Shown piece by piece: positions 8,629 through 17,910 of a stretch of DNA of 50,297 bases. Origin of the DNA: a bacterium (GTDB taxonomy: Bacteria; Muiribacteriota; UBA6191); the NCBI GenBank assembly GCA_036339875.1, contig JAYZAC010000122.1, forward strand, positions 1 through 50,297. The letters are read 5' to 3'. Numbering within the stretch: position 1 is the stretch's first letter; every line of letters begins with the position of its first letter. A program made the translations under genes and the position numbers. The notes below the pieces were generated by a model, which had not been told where the DNA came from, searched no databases, and worked only from the letters and a program-made list of their open reading frames with translations.

Positions 8629-10944
8629 TCAATCTGTATATTGGTAGCTTTTCAAATTAAATATAAAAAGTATTGCAGGTAGAAGAGTTAAATCTGTAAA
8701 TAATGCTAAGCCCAGTACACTTGCTGTAAGAACACCGAAACTTACATTAGGTACAAAACTACCCAAGGCGTACGTTCCGAAGCCCGCTATTAAAATAACG
8801 GTAGTAATAATCAGAGCTGTTCCTGTATGACTAATCATTAACGCTGTAGCACTAATAGGGTTTTCGCCATTAATACGATGTGAATGATAGCTAGATAATA
8901 TGTGAATAGTGTCATCAACAGCGATACCAAGACAGACACTCGCTACTAACGAGGTACCCACATCGGCATAAGTTCCTGAAATATATATAAGACTAGCTCC
9001 AAAGACTATCGGTAGCAGATTAGGTATTAAAGATAGTAGACCTATACGGATGCTACCCAGAAAAATACACATTAGGATAGATACTAAAATCAGTGCACCC
9101 ATAATACTTCTGAAAAATGTGGGAATAATGTAACCACCTAGTGACTTCCATAAAATGTACTTACCGCTGGCATAGACATTTAATCCAAGTTCTTCTCCTT
9201 TAGACTCTATTTCCTTGATGGCATTGAGGGCATCATTATCTGTTCTTAAAGTCCAATTTACAGTAACTCTTATAAGGCGATTATCCAGAGTAATTTGGTT
9301 ATTAAGATCCAGAGAGGGAGGTAGGCTCATGGTGTAAAGCAGTAATTCCTGAGCAATCATTTGGCGATCATCAGCTAGAGTGTAATATGCCTGGTCTCCA
9401 GCATGCAGAGCACGATGAGTAGCTTTCAGAATATCCATGATAGATGTTGACTTACTTACATAACTTCTGTCATTAACCCATTGTTGCCATTGATTCGCTC
9501 TGTTCAGAAATTCAGGATCTTTTATACCTTCATTAGCCCCACTATCAATTACGAAGTCCACGGGAGATACCCATCCTACATATTTTTCAATCGCATTATT
9601 AGCCTGCTTCAAAGGAACATCATCAGTAAAATATTCGAGCGTATCCGAGTTGACTTCATTTTGAATTGCGAGATATGACGCCATTAGAGCAGCGATACTA
9701 AAAAATACGATAACCACATAACGATTACTTTGGAGCCATCCTGAGTAGCTGTAAACCCAATTGGAAGGTTTGAGTGTTTGGGTGCCTTTCACGCTACCTG
9801 CTACTTTAAGAGGCATTAGTGAAAGAAGTGGTCCAAGCAAACCTATTGTTATAATCCAGGCAAGTATCGATCCAAATCCTGCTAGGAGACCTAGATTCAC
9901 TGTGGGGATAATCGGTGACCATATCAGGCTTAAGAAGCCGATTGCTGTAGACAAACTAGTTAATAGCGTGGGTTTTATATCCTTCATCATTGCTTGATAG
10001 GTTGCTTTTTTTGAATCGTAACCAGCACGACGAAAACGAAAATAAGTAACCAAGATATGGATAGAGTCAGCAATACCAATACCTATTAAAATACTGGGTA
10101 GAAAAGCAGTCATATTGTTAATTTTGATACCCAAATGGCCTGCCATACCAAGCGTACCAAGCATTGAAAAGATAATAGTTATCCAGGGCAGAACTAGTCC
10201 TCCAAAACTTTTGAATATGATCAATAAGATGACACTTACAGTTACAAATAGAAGCGGTAAAATCTTTTGAAGATCAGTACTCGTGCTTTCTCTGAAAGCG
10301 TCATTAATTGCTGCGCCGCCACTGATTCCAAATTCATGATCACCGGTATTTTCATAAGGGCTCAAAAGTTGCCTCAAATCACTAATTAAAGCTTGGTAAT
10401 CTACTTCAGTTTTCAAAGCTGGTTTCAATGTTGCTATAATTAAAGCCGTATCGCCGGATGCACTGACCAGATACCCTGGTAATGTCTCATGATTCAGTGC
10501 AATCTTCTTGCGTTCTAATAAAAAATCTTCCGTCAAAGGTTCATCTTCGGGCATTATTGGTTCTACGATGAGGTCATCATCCTCGGCATGAGTCCAGTTA
10601 AAATTAGCTAGACTGTCCACGCGTATTACATCCCTGATTTGCCACAATTTTTGGGTTATATCAATGAGGGTTCTGGCGCTATCTATATCGAAAATTCCTG
10701 ATGACGAATGCATCAGGATAACGGCATTATCATCATTTCCAAATCTTCGTTCAAACCGATCGAAATTTTTAATATTTGGGTCGTCTTCAGAAAACCAGAT
10801 ACGATATCCAAAATCTTGTTCAAGATTCTTCAAACCAGGCAAAAGTATGCACATCAGAACAAGAACAATTGATAATGATTTAAGCGGGCTATGACTCACG
10901 AAATAAGCAATTGAATCCATGGTTGAATTAATTTTATTAGTCAT
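8629..10944 (-). CDS. MMPL/RND-family inner-membrane transporter
   Basis: Two hydrophobic repeats with GIGIADSIH and GIAVDDTIH, plus TSLSTAIGFLSL, separated by periplasmic loops. Confidence 0.9.
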   Translation of the reverse strand: MTNKINSTMDSIAYFVSHSPLKSLSIVLVLMCILLPGLKNLEQDFGYRIWFSEDDPNIKNFDRFERRFGNDDNAVILMHSSSGIFDIDSARTLIDITQKLWQIRDVIRVDSLANFNWTHAEDDDLIVEPIMPEDEPLTEDFLLERKKIALNHETLPGYLVSASGDTALIIATLKPALKTEVDYQALISDLRQLLSPYENTGDHEFGISGGAAINDAFRESTSTDLQKILPLLFVTVSVILLIIFKSFGGLVLPWITIIFSMLGTLGMAGHLGIKINNMTAFLPSILIGIGIADSIHILVTYFRFRRAGYDSKKATYQAMMKDIKPTLLTSLSTAIGFLSLIWSPIIPTVNLGLLAGFGSILAWIITIGLLGPLLSLMPLKVAGSVKGTQTLKPSNWVYSYSGWLQSNRYVVIVFFSIAALMASYLAIQNEVNSDTLEYFTDDVPLKQANNAIEKYVGWVSPVDFVIDSGANEGIKDPEFLNRANQWQQWVNDRSYVSKSTSIMDILKATHRALHAGDQAYYTLADDRQMIAQELLLYTMSLPPSLDLNNQITLDNRLIRVTVNWTLRTDNDALNAIKEIESKGEELGLNVYASGKYILWKSLGGYIIPTFFRSIMGALILVSILMCIFLGSIRIGLLSLIPNLLPIVFGASLIYISGTYADVGTSLVASVCLGIAVDDTIHILSSYHSHRINGENPISATALMISHTGTALIITTVILIAGFGTYALGSFVPNVSFGVLTASVLGLALFTDLTLLPAILFIFNLKSYQYTD

Positions 10945-10952
10945 AGATTTTC

Positions 10953-12185
10953 CTAAAAATAGTGAATCAAACTTCCTGTTATCTGGAAATCGTTATGGAA
11001 AGGTTTTAACCCTGAGGTATCTAGTGAAACTTTAGGAGGTGCATCAATGTATCTAAGTCCAAGCTGGTATTTTTGCATGTCATTGATTCGCCGAGAAAAG
11101 CTCAGTTGGCTTAAAATTTCTTTAGATCTTTCCAAATCAAAAATCATACTACCTGTAATTTGGGTACCTTGAATATCGTTTCTAGCAAAGCGAGCGCCTA
11201 ACAAAAGGTCTCTTTGAAATATATTCATTTGAGCCCGCTCCTGGCTACTAGGTCCAACAAGAGTTTGAAGTTCGACTAGGTAGATTATTTCTGCTCCATG
11301 ATTCAATTGTCTGGGAAACTCAAGGCCTGCAGCAATAGATGCATGATCGAGTACCTTATTTGATGGTAAATTATGTTGTATTTTATTGCTGTAATTACGA
11401 TAGGCCCATTCCAGCTTGAAGGAACTATCGTCAAAAATACTTACAAGGGTTCCACCAATCTGCTCTACCTTAGGTAATCCCACATGGGTATTATTCATAT
11501 TATTTTGGGTAAATAATACTGAGTTTTGACGGTCATAATGATTGAGATAATGAAAGCTATAGTCTAAATCATCTCGACTAGTCTCATAGCGTATTCCAAA
11601 TTGCTCAACTTTTTGTTCAGGAATCAGATTGGAAGAAGAATCCATTATTTGTATATTTACAATAGAAGTTCTCAAAGGATTTAATCGAGAGTTAATTTTA
11701 GGAAACATTTGTGTTTGCAGATGAGGCATATAGTATAAATTCCAAACAGATTCCTCATCAGGAATTTCAAGATTAAGCATCCACTCGCCGATTTTTTCAG
11801 GTCTTTCAAAGTCTGAATCTAAATTCCTTGCATTGATTACATCTGCAGGGTGAAAAGCTTCCAGTGCTGTCCAATCATGGATTTGTGAGCCAGCTGTAAT
11901 AGAGAAATTATCAAAATCTTTGCGAATCCATAATTCTTGAATAAGGTATGAATCTCTATGATCTGATGGATCACGACGCAACAGCTTACTAAAATTTGCA
12001 GACCAACGATTATGTTTCCACTTTGAACGATTGTGCAGCTTTATTGAATAGGAGTTATCCCTTGTAAAAGGTGATTGGTCATTGTTAAAACTTCGTATTT
12101 CCTGATGCAATTCAAAGTGATGCTTCCAGTTGGAACCCCATGAAGATACTGTGACGCACAATAGTAAAAGAAGGCAATGGATCAT
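10953..12185 (-). CDS. Putative outer-membrane beta-barrel protein associated with the MMPL transporter
   Basis: Signal peptide, alternating beta-strand pattern, C-terminal aromatic YF, G.Q...W....F...DVIN segment, and synteny with MMPL and LolA-like genes. Confidence 0.6.
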   Translation of the reverse strand: MIHCLLLLLCVTVSSWGSNWKHHFELHQEIRSFNNDQSPFTRDNSYSIKLHNRSKWKHNRWSANFSKLLRRDPSDHRDSYLIQELWIRKDFDNFSITAGSQIHDWTALEAFHPADVINARNLDSDFERPEKIGEWMLNLEIPDEESVWNLYYMPHLQTQMFPKINSRLNPLRTSIVNIQIMDSSSNLIPEQKVEQFGIRYETSRDDLDYSFHYLNHYDRQNSVLFTQNNMNNTHVGLPKVEQIGGTLVSIFDDSSFKLEWAYRNYSNKIQHNLPSNKVLDHASIAAGLEFPRQLNHGAEIIYLVELQTLVGPSSQERAQMNIFQRDLLLGARFARNDIQGTQITGSMIFDLERSKEILSQLSFSRRINDMQKYQLGLRYIDAPPKVSLDTSGLKPFHNDFQITGSLIHYF

Positions 12186-13030
12186 TAGTTTCTTAAATTA
12201 CGTTTGGAAAAGTCCTTTGATTTGTAATTCTTTTCTAGTTCCTGACCAGTCCATACAATGATAGATTCTTTGCTGGTTTGATGGTTACTCATGATAATTT
12301 TGTTCTGGCGCCACCATTTGCCATGCTGCTTGTAATTTGAAAATATGGCGGTTTTTAGTAATTCTCTTTTACGGTCAAAATAATCGATTTTTAGCGGCCC
12401 AAGGAATTGTTTGTCCAGCCAGACAAGAAGTTTGCTATATCCACTATGTTTATCTTTGGGAATTCTTTCAAGAAGAAAGCATGAGCGACCCATTAAAACT
12501 TCTGACCCAATAAGTTTGTGACTATACTTCTCAACTTCTTGAGAGGCTAGATCTTCATAATAAAATTCGCTACCCATGAAGGATACTGCCTGATTTCGAG
12601 AATTAATGCGTTTTACTCTTTTAATACTTGGTAAATACAACCACTGCTTATTTTTTTTGGTTTTCATTGTATGGGTAAGGAGTCTTGTACCCTTTACATC
12701 AGCAGGAGAAGCAAATTCGATGATACTGCGGTCTCCTTCGCCGTTTACCTCAGCAATTTTCTGAGTCATAACCCTGGTTACTTTATCGTTTTGAGCATTC
12801 ATAATCACAAGCTGCATTTCACCATATTCCCCCTTAAACCCGTTGTTATGTTGTTCATAGATTTTGGAAATTACAAGACCAGCAGATGCAGGATTTGCAG
12901 TGGCTAACTGGGCTTCTAATGTTGATTGGATATTTGATGGCAATGACGTAGAAACTGAGTGAGTTTCAAACAAAAACACAAAACTAAACATAAGCAAATA
13001 GGTAAATTGCATAGGGCTCCTAAACTTCAC
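12185..13030 (-). CDS. Outer-membrane lipoprotein-sorting (LolA-like) periplasmic protein
   Basis: F.SPADVKGT, QWLYLPSIKRVKRI, FMGSEFYYEDL, KIDYFD...LLKT. Stop overlaps the next start. The true start may be the ATG at 13012. Confidence 0.85.
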   Translation of the reverse strand: MKFRSPMQFTYLLMFSFVFLFETHSVSTSLPSNIQSTLEAQLATANPASAGLVISKIYEQHNNGFKGEYGEMQLVIMNAQNDKVTRVMTQKIAEVNGEGDRSIIEFASPADVKGTRLLTHTMKTKKNKQWLYLPSIKRVKRINSRNQAVSFMGSEFYYEDLASQEVEKYSHKLIGSEVLMGRSCFLLERIPKDKHSGYSKLLVWLDKQFLGPLKIDYFDRKRELLKTAIFSNYKQHGKWWRQNKIIMSNHQTSKESIIVWTGQELEKNYKSKDFSKRNLRN

Positions 13031-13130
13031 TCGCAGTTTAGTTTAGAAATATATTTCGTGCGTAAGTGGTTCCCTTTTTGTCCATAAACAATCTTATTAA
13101 TTTTAAAAGTAATTCACCAATAAGTTTCAT

Positions 13131-13637
13131 TTATTGGTAAAAATCAGGATTCTCTTCGCAGAATATTCTCACAGTACTACGACATTCGTAAGCTACGGGC
13201 AGAAACTGTAATATAGTCTCTCGATCGGGGTTTTTGCATAATCGAAATGCCAAAATATTAGCAAATGAAGCTTCAAGACTCCATTTATGCGCTGAGGGAT
13301 CAAAACCTATTATCGAAAACTTACCTTTAAAGTACTCGAAGGGATGTTTTTCTAGTGAATCGTTCCAGCAACCCTTAACTATTTCCTTAAGAAGTTGTTT
13401 CGATGTAGGGTCAGGTTTGGTTTTCTCAATCTGTATTTTCGTAATTGCGTCATAATGCAGGTACAGCATAAACTCTCTCAATTTGGCCGCAAAAAATTCA
13501 TCAATAGGAGATTCTTTAAATCTATTTTTTTTACGAAATTGTACTGCAATATTACGTGCTTGTTCGCGACATGAATTATCTATTTTACTAAATCTTTCAA
13601 TGGCCTCAGTTATTGGTTCTGAACTACACATGAACAA
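13131..13637 (-). CDS. Hypothetical protein
   Basis: 168-aa ORF filling the gap between the LolA-like gene and ugpB. No recognised motif. Confidence 0.45.
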   Translation of the reverse strand: MFMCSSEPITEAIERFSKIDNSCREQARNIAVQFRKKNRFKESPIDEFFAAKLREFMLYLHYDAITKIQIEKTKPDPTSKQLLKEIVKGCWNDSLEKHPFEYFKGKFSIIGFDPSAHKWSLEASFANILAFRLCKNPDRETILQFLPVAYECRSTVRIFCEENPDFYQ

Positions 13638-13766
13638 AATTGTCTCAAATTATATTGATTCTGGCAAAGTAGACTTTTTAGTTTTTGTAAATTTGTTGTG
13701 ATCTCAGCAAACTACTACTTTAGAGTAAGGTCTGGTACGATAGCGTCAACTTTATGGATGATATCG

Positions 13767-15086
13767 ATGAAATACATTACAATCAACTGCTTTCTTGTGA
13801 GATGTATCTGCTTAGTTTTCGTTCTCTTTTCGCATAGTTCAGCTAAACAGACTATTGTGTGGTGGCATGCTATGGGAGGGTCACTAAACGAGAAGGTGAA
13901 TACCATTGCACAGGAGTTTAATGAGTCACAAAATGATTTCCATATTCATGCCGTTTACAAAGGAAATTACACAGAAACTATGACTGCTGCCGTTGCAGCA
14001 TTTAGAGCCCGTAAGCATCCTCATATTGTTCAGATATTTGAGGTTGGTACAGCGACTATGATGGCCGCTCATAGGGCTGTTTATCCGGTATTTGAATTGA
14101 TGAATGATGCAGGTGAACCCTTAAAATCCGAGGATTTCCTCGCAGCAGTCACTGCTTATTATACTGACCCTGACGGTAATATGTTTTCGATGCCTTTTAA
14201 CAGTTCTACGCCTGTTCTGTATTACAATCGGGAAGCTTTGCAGGAGGCTGGTTTTGATAAACCTCCCAGAACATGGGGTGAACTAGAGAAGATTTCTAGG
14301 GCGGGTTTGAAAAGAAATTATTCCTGTGGAGTTACAGTAGGATGGCAATCGTGGACACAGCTTGAAAATTTTGGAGCTGTACATGACGTTCCATTTGCTA
14401 ATTTATCTAACGGATTCGAAGGTCTCGATTCAGAAGTACAATTGAATCACCCAGCATTTATAAAGCACATAGGTAAGTTAGCTAGTTGGCAAAAGGATAA
14501 GGTTTTTGTTTTTGGCGGACGCCGTTCTGATTCAGCGCCAAAATTTTACAATGGTCAATGTATGTTTTATATCAATTCTTCGGCTTCATATTCGTCAGTT
14601 AAAGCAAACGTAACCAAATTTAACTTCGGAGTAAGCTTTCTTCCTCACTGGCAAGATTTGGTCCAAGAGCCAAAGAATTCTATCATTGGAGGAGCGTCTC
14701 TTTGGGTATTGAGAGAACATGCCTTGTCCGAATATAAAGGTGTAGCCAAATTCCTAAGTTTTCTTTCTTCAAGACGTATTCAGTCGCGCTGGCATCGTGA
14801 GACTGGTTACCTGCCGGTGACTCATGAGGCCTATCAATTCACTAAATCTCAAGGATTTTACGAGCAAAACCCAGGAACTGAAACTGCTATTTTGCAGATG
14901 ACGCGTGGCGAGCCATCGATTAATAGTAAGGGTTTGAGGCTGGGAAATTTTGTTCAAATTAGAGATGTTATTAATGAAGAATTAGAATCTATTTGGGCGG
15001 GTAATAAAACAGCTGATCAAGGTTTAAAGGCTGCAACTGAAAGAGCTAATAAATTAATAAAGAAGTTTTTACGGAGGAATTTCTGA
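13767..15086 (+). CDS. ugpB: sn-glycerol-3-phosphate ABC transporter substrate-binding protein
   Basis: [72 protein letters not shown] at 13767 gives a signal peptide; the ORF extends upstream to 13698. Confidence 0.92.
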   Translation: MKYITINCFLVRCICLVFVLFSHSSAKQTIVWWHAMGGSLNEKVNTIAQEFNESQNDFHIHAVYKGNYTETMTAAVAAFRARKHPHIVQIFEVGTATMMAAHRAVYPVFELMNDAGEPLKSEDFLAAVTAYYTDPDGNMFSMPFNSSTPVLYYNREALQEAGFDKPPRTWGELEKISRAGLKRNYSCGVTVGWQSWTQLENFGAVHDVPFANLSNGFEGLDSEVQLNHPAFIKHIGKLASWQKDKVFVFGGRRSDSAPKFYNGQCMFYINSSASYSSVKANVTKFNFGVSFLPHWQDLVQEPKNSIIGGASLWVLREHALSEYKGVAKFLSFLSSRRIQSRWHRETGYLPVTHEAYQFTKSQGFYEQNPGTETAILQMTRGEPSINSKGLRLGNFVQIRDVINEELESIWAGNKTADQGLKAATERANKLIKKFLRRNF

Positions 15087-15973
15087 TGCAGAGTGGGCAA
15101 ACAGTTGCTTATAAGAATAAAATTTTGCCTTATTTACTTCTGGCTCCTCAGCTAATTATTACTCTTATTTTTTTTATTTGGCCCGCAGCAGAAGCTTTAT
15201 TTCAGAGCGTTATGGTGGAGAATACTTTTGGAACAGCGAGTAAATTCGTTTGGTTCGAGAATTTCTCTTATATTCTTGAGGATTCCCATTACATTAATTC
15301 TATTCAAATTACAGCTATCTTTGCTGCGGCAACAACTTTAACCTCCATGAGTTTTAGTTTGCTATTAGCTGTTATGGCTGATCGGGTAATTAAGGGTTCT
15401 ACTTTTTATAAAACGTTTCTAATTTGGCCATATGCCGTGGCACCGGCAATTGCCGGTATTTTATGGTATTTTATGTTTAATCCTAGCATTGGGATACTAG
15501 CTTATTTTCTACAGAATTTGGGATATGAATGGAACCATCAGCTTAACGGAAGCGATGCTATGGTTTTAATAGTCTTAGCCGCTGCTTGGAAGCAGATATC
15601 TTATAATTTTCTTTTTTTTCTCGCAGGTTTACAGTCAATACCGCGCTCATTAATAGAGGCAGCGGCACTAGATGGTGCTAGTCCTTTCAAACGGTTTTGG
15701 GATATTGTATTTCCGCTACTTTCGCCAACTACCTTTTTTCTAATGGTAGTTAACGTAGTTTATGCCTTTTTTGATACCTTTGGTATTGTTCATGCTACTA
15801 CTGCGGGTGGTCCAGCTAGTGCTACATCAATTATGGTTTATAAGGTTTTCAATGATGGATTTGTGGGTCTAGATTATGGTAGCAGTGCGGCTCAATCTGT
15901 AATTCTGCTATTAATCGTAGGCTTTTTTACAATTATTCAATTTCGTTATGTAGAACGAAAGGTGGAGTATTAG
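15086..15973 (+). CDS. ugpA: sn-glycerol-3-phosphate ABC transporter permease
   Basis: [32 protein letters not shown] loop [13 protein letters not shown] coupling to ugpB. Confidence 0.93.
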   Translation: MQSGQTVAYKNKILPYLLLAPQLIITLIFFIWPAAEALFQSVMVENTFGTASKFVWFENFSYILEDSHYINSIQITAIFAAATTLTSMSFSLLLAVMADRVIKGSTFYKTFLIWPYAVAPAIAGILWYFMFNPSIGILAYFLQNLGYEWNHQLNGSDAMVLIVLAAAWKQISYNFLFFLAGLQSIPRSLIEAAALDGASPFKRFWDIVFPLLSPTTFFLMVVNVVYAFFDTFGIVHATTAGGPASATSIMVYKVFNDGFVGLDYGSSAAQSVILLLIVGFFTIIQFRYVERKVEY

Positions 15974-15976
15974 TCT

Positions 15977-16825
15977 ATGGTTGAGAATCGTCCTTGGCTT
16001 AATTCACTTTCTCATTTCGTACTTTTTATTGGAGTTATAGTTGTAGCACTACCCATCTGGATAGCTTTTGTTGCTTCTACTCACCCACCTGAAGCGCTAC
16101 TAAGTAGCCCCATACCTATGTGGCCTGGACCTGATCTTTGGAAAAATTATTCAGAAATATTGAGTAGTGGAATTTCTAGTGCTGGAGGCGTAAGTGTAGC
16201 TTTAATGATGAAGAACAGTTTTATAATGGCACTTTTTATTACATTTGGAAAAATCGCCATATCACTACTTGCTGCCTTTGCCATTGTATTTTTCGATTTT
16301 CCCTTCAGAATGATGTGTTTTTGGATCATATTTATGACTCTGATGCTGCCTGTTGAGGTTCGAATTGTTCCGACCTATGCAGTGGTTGCACGATTAGATT
16401 TACTGAATTCCTACGTAGGCTTAACTTTGCCATTAATAGCAAGTGCAACAGCTACATTTTTGTTTCGTCAATTTTTCATGACGATTCCTAAAGAGTTAAT
16501 CGAAGCCTCAAAAATTGATGGGGCTAGCCCAATGAAATTCTTTTTTGATATTTTACTGCCATTATCTCGTACAAATATTGCAGCTTTGTTTGTAATTTTA
16601 TTTATCTATGGATGGAATCAGTATCTTTGGCCATTATTGATAACTTCCGAGGATAGCTATGCAACTATTGTGATGTCGATACAGCGTATGGTTATGTCGG
16701 CAGAAGCGGACCCTCAATGGCATCTAATTATGGCAACTTCAATTTTAGCTATGTTGCCACCTGTAATTGTTGTGGTTGCTATGCAGAAGGTATTTGTAAA
16801 GGGACTTGTTGAGACTGAAAAGTAG
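15977..16825 (+). CDS. ugpE: sn-glycerol-3-phosphate ABC transporter permease
   Basis: MVENRP start, [33 protein letters not shown]-terminal [10 protein letters not shown]. Confidence 0.93.
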   Translation: MVENRPWLNSLSHFVLFIGVIVVALPIWIAFVASTHPPEALLSSPIPMWPGPDLWKNYSEILSSGISSAGGVSVALMMKNSFIMALFITFGKIAISLLAAFAIVFFDFPFRMMCFWIIFMTLMLPVEVRIVPTYAVVARLDLLNSYVGLTLPLIASATATFLFRQFFMTIPKELIEASKIDGASPMKFFFDILLPLSRTNIAALFVILFIYGWNQYLWPLLITSEDSYATIVMSIQRMVMSAEADPQWHLIMATSILAMLPPVIVVVAMQKVFVKGLVETEK

Positions 16826-16833
16826 AGGGTTAT

Positions 16834-17907
16834 ATGTCTACGGTTGTATTTGAAGATATTCAAAAGATTTATCCAGGTGGTTTCCATGCAATTAAGGGTG
16901 TAAACCTGAATATTCAAGATGGTGAGTTCATTGTCATTGTGGGCCCTTCTGGTTGCGGAAAGTCTACTTTGCTAAGAACCGTAGCGGGGTTAGAAACAAT
17001 TAGCTCTGGCAATATTAAAATCGATGGTCTCGTTGTTAATGAATTGGAACCCGGTGAGCGTGACATTGCAATGGTGTTTCAAAATTATGCTCTTTATCCT
17101 CATATGACTGTATACAACAATATGGCCTATGGTTTACGTAATCAAGGAGTAAGCAATTCGGAAATAGAAAGTAGAGTTCAAGAAGCGGCCAGAATTTTAG
17201 AATTACAAGATCTTTTGCAACGAAAGCCGGCGGCATTATCTGGTGGGCAACGTCAAAGGGTAGCCATGGGTCGGGCAATTGTAAGAGAGCCAAAGGCGTT
17301 TTTATTTGATGAACCATTATCTAATCTGGATGCTAAATTAAGAGTACAGATGCGTCTTGAGATTAAAGAATTGCAGCGTCGTCTGGGAACCACCTCGATC
17401 TATGTCACTCATGACCAAGTAGAAGCAATGACTCTTGCAGATCGTCTTGTTGTTATGAACGCTGGATTGCCTGAGCAGATTGGTACTCCCATGGAGGTTT
17501 ATGCGCGTCCAGCAACTTCATTTGTCGCAGGTTTTATAGGTTCACCAGCGATGAACTTTTTATCGGTTGAGAAGATTGAAGGAAAAGGTCTTAAATTGCC
17601 TGACGGATCGATTTTTAACCAGCTTGAACTGAATGATTCCATACCCCAGAAGAGTCTTTTTGGAATTCGACCGGAGCATATCGAAGTAGTCTCTGATCAA
17701 GAGGCACAATTATCTATTAAAGTTAGTGTAATTGAAAGTTTGGGTGCAGATAGTTTGCTTTACGGGAGAGTGGGAGATACAGGGGAACTTTTGACTATAA
17801 GAGTCTCCGGTGGTAGTGATCACTCTACTGGCGAGACTATTGGACTTAAAATTCCAGCGGAGAGTGTTCATTTGTTTGATCACACATCGGGATGTCGCTT
17901 AAATTGA
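16834..17907 (+). CDS. ugpC: sn-glycerol-3-phosphate ABC transporter ATP-binding protein
   Basis: [48 protein letters not shown]. Position in the operon. Confidence 0.93.
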   Translation: MSTVVFEDIQKIYPGGFHAIKGVNLNIQDGEFIVIVGPSGCGKSTLLRTVAGLETISSGNIKIDGLVVNELEPGERDIAMVFQNYALYPHMTVYNNMAYGLRNQGVSNSEIESRVQEAARILELQDLLQRKPAALSGGQRQRVAMGRAIVREPKAFLFDEPLSNLDAKLRVQMRLEIKELQRRLGTTSIYVTHDQVEAMTLADRLVVMNAGLPEQIGTPMEVYARPATSFVAGFIGSPAMNFLSVEKIEGKGLKLPDGSIFNQLELNDSIPQKSLFGIRPEHIEVVSDQEAQLSIKVSVIESLGADSLLYGRVGDTGELLTIRVSGGSDHSTGETIGLKIPAESVHLFDHTSGCRLN

Positions 17908-17910
17908 GTG

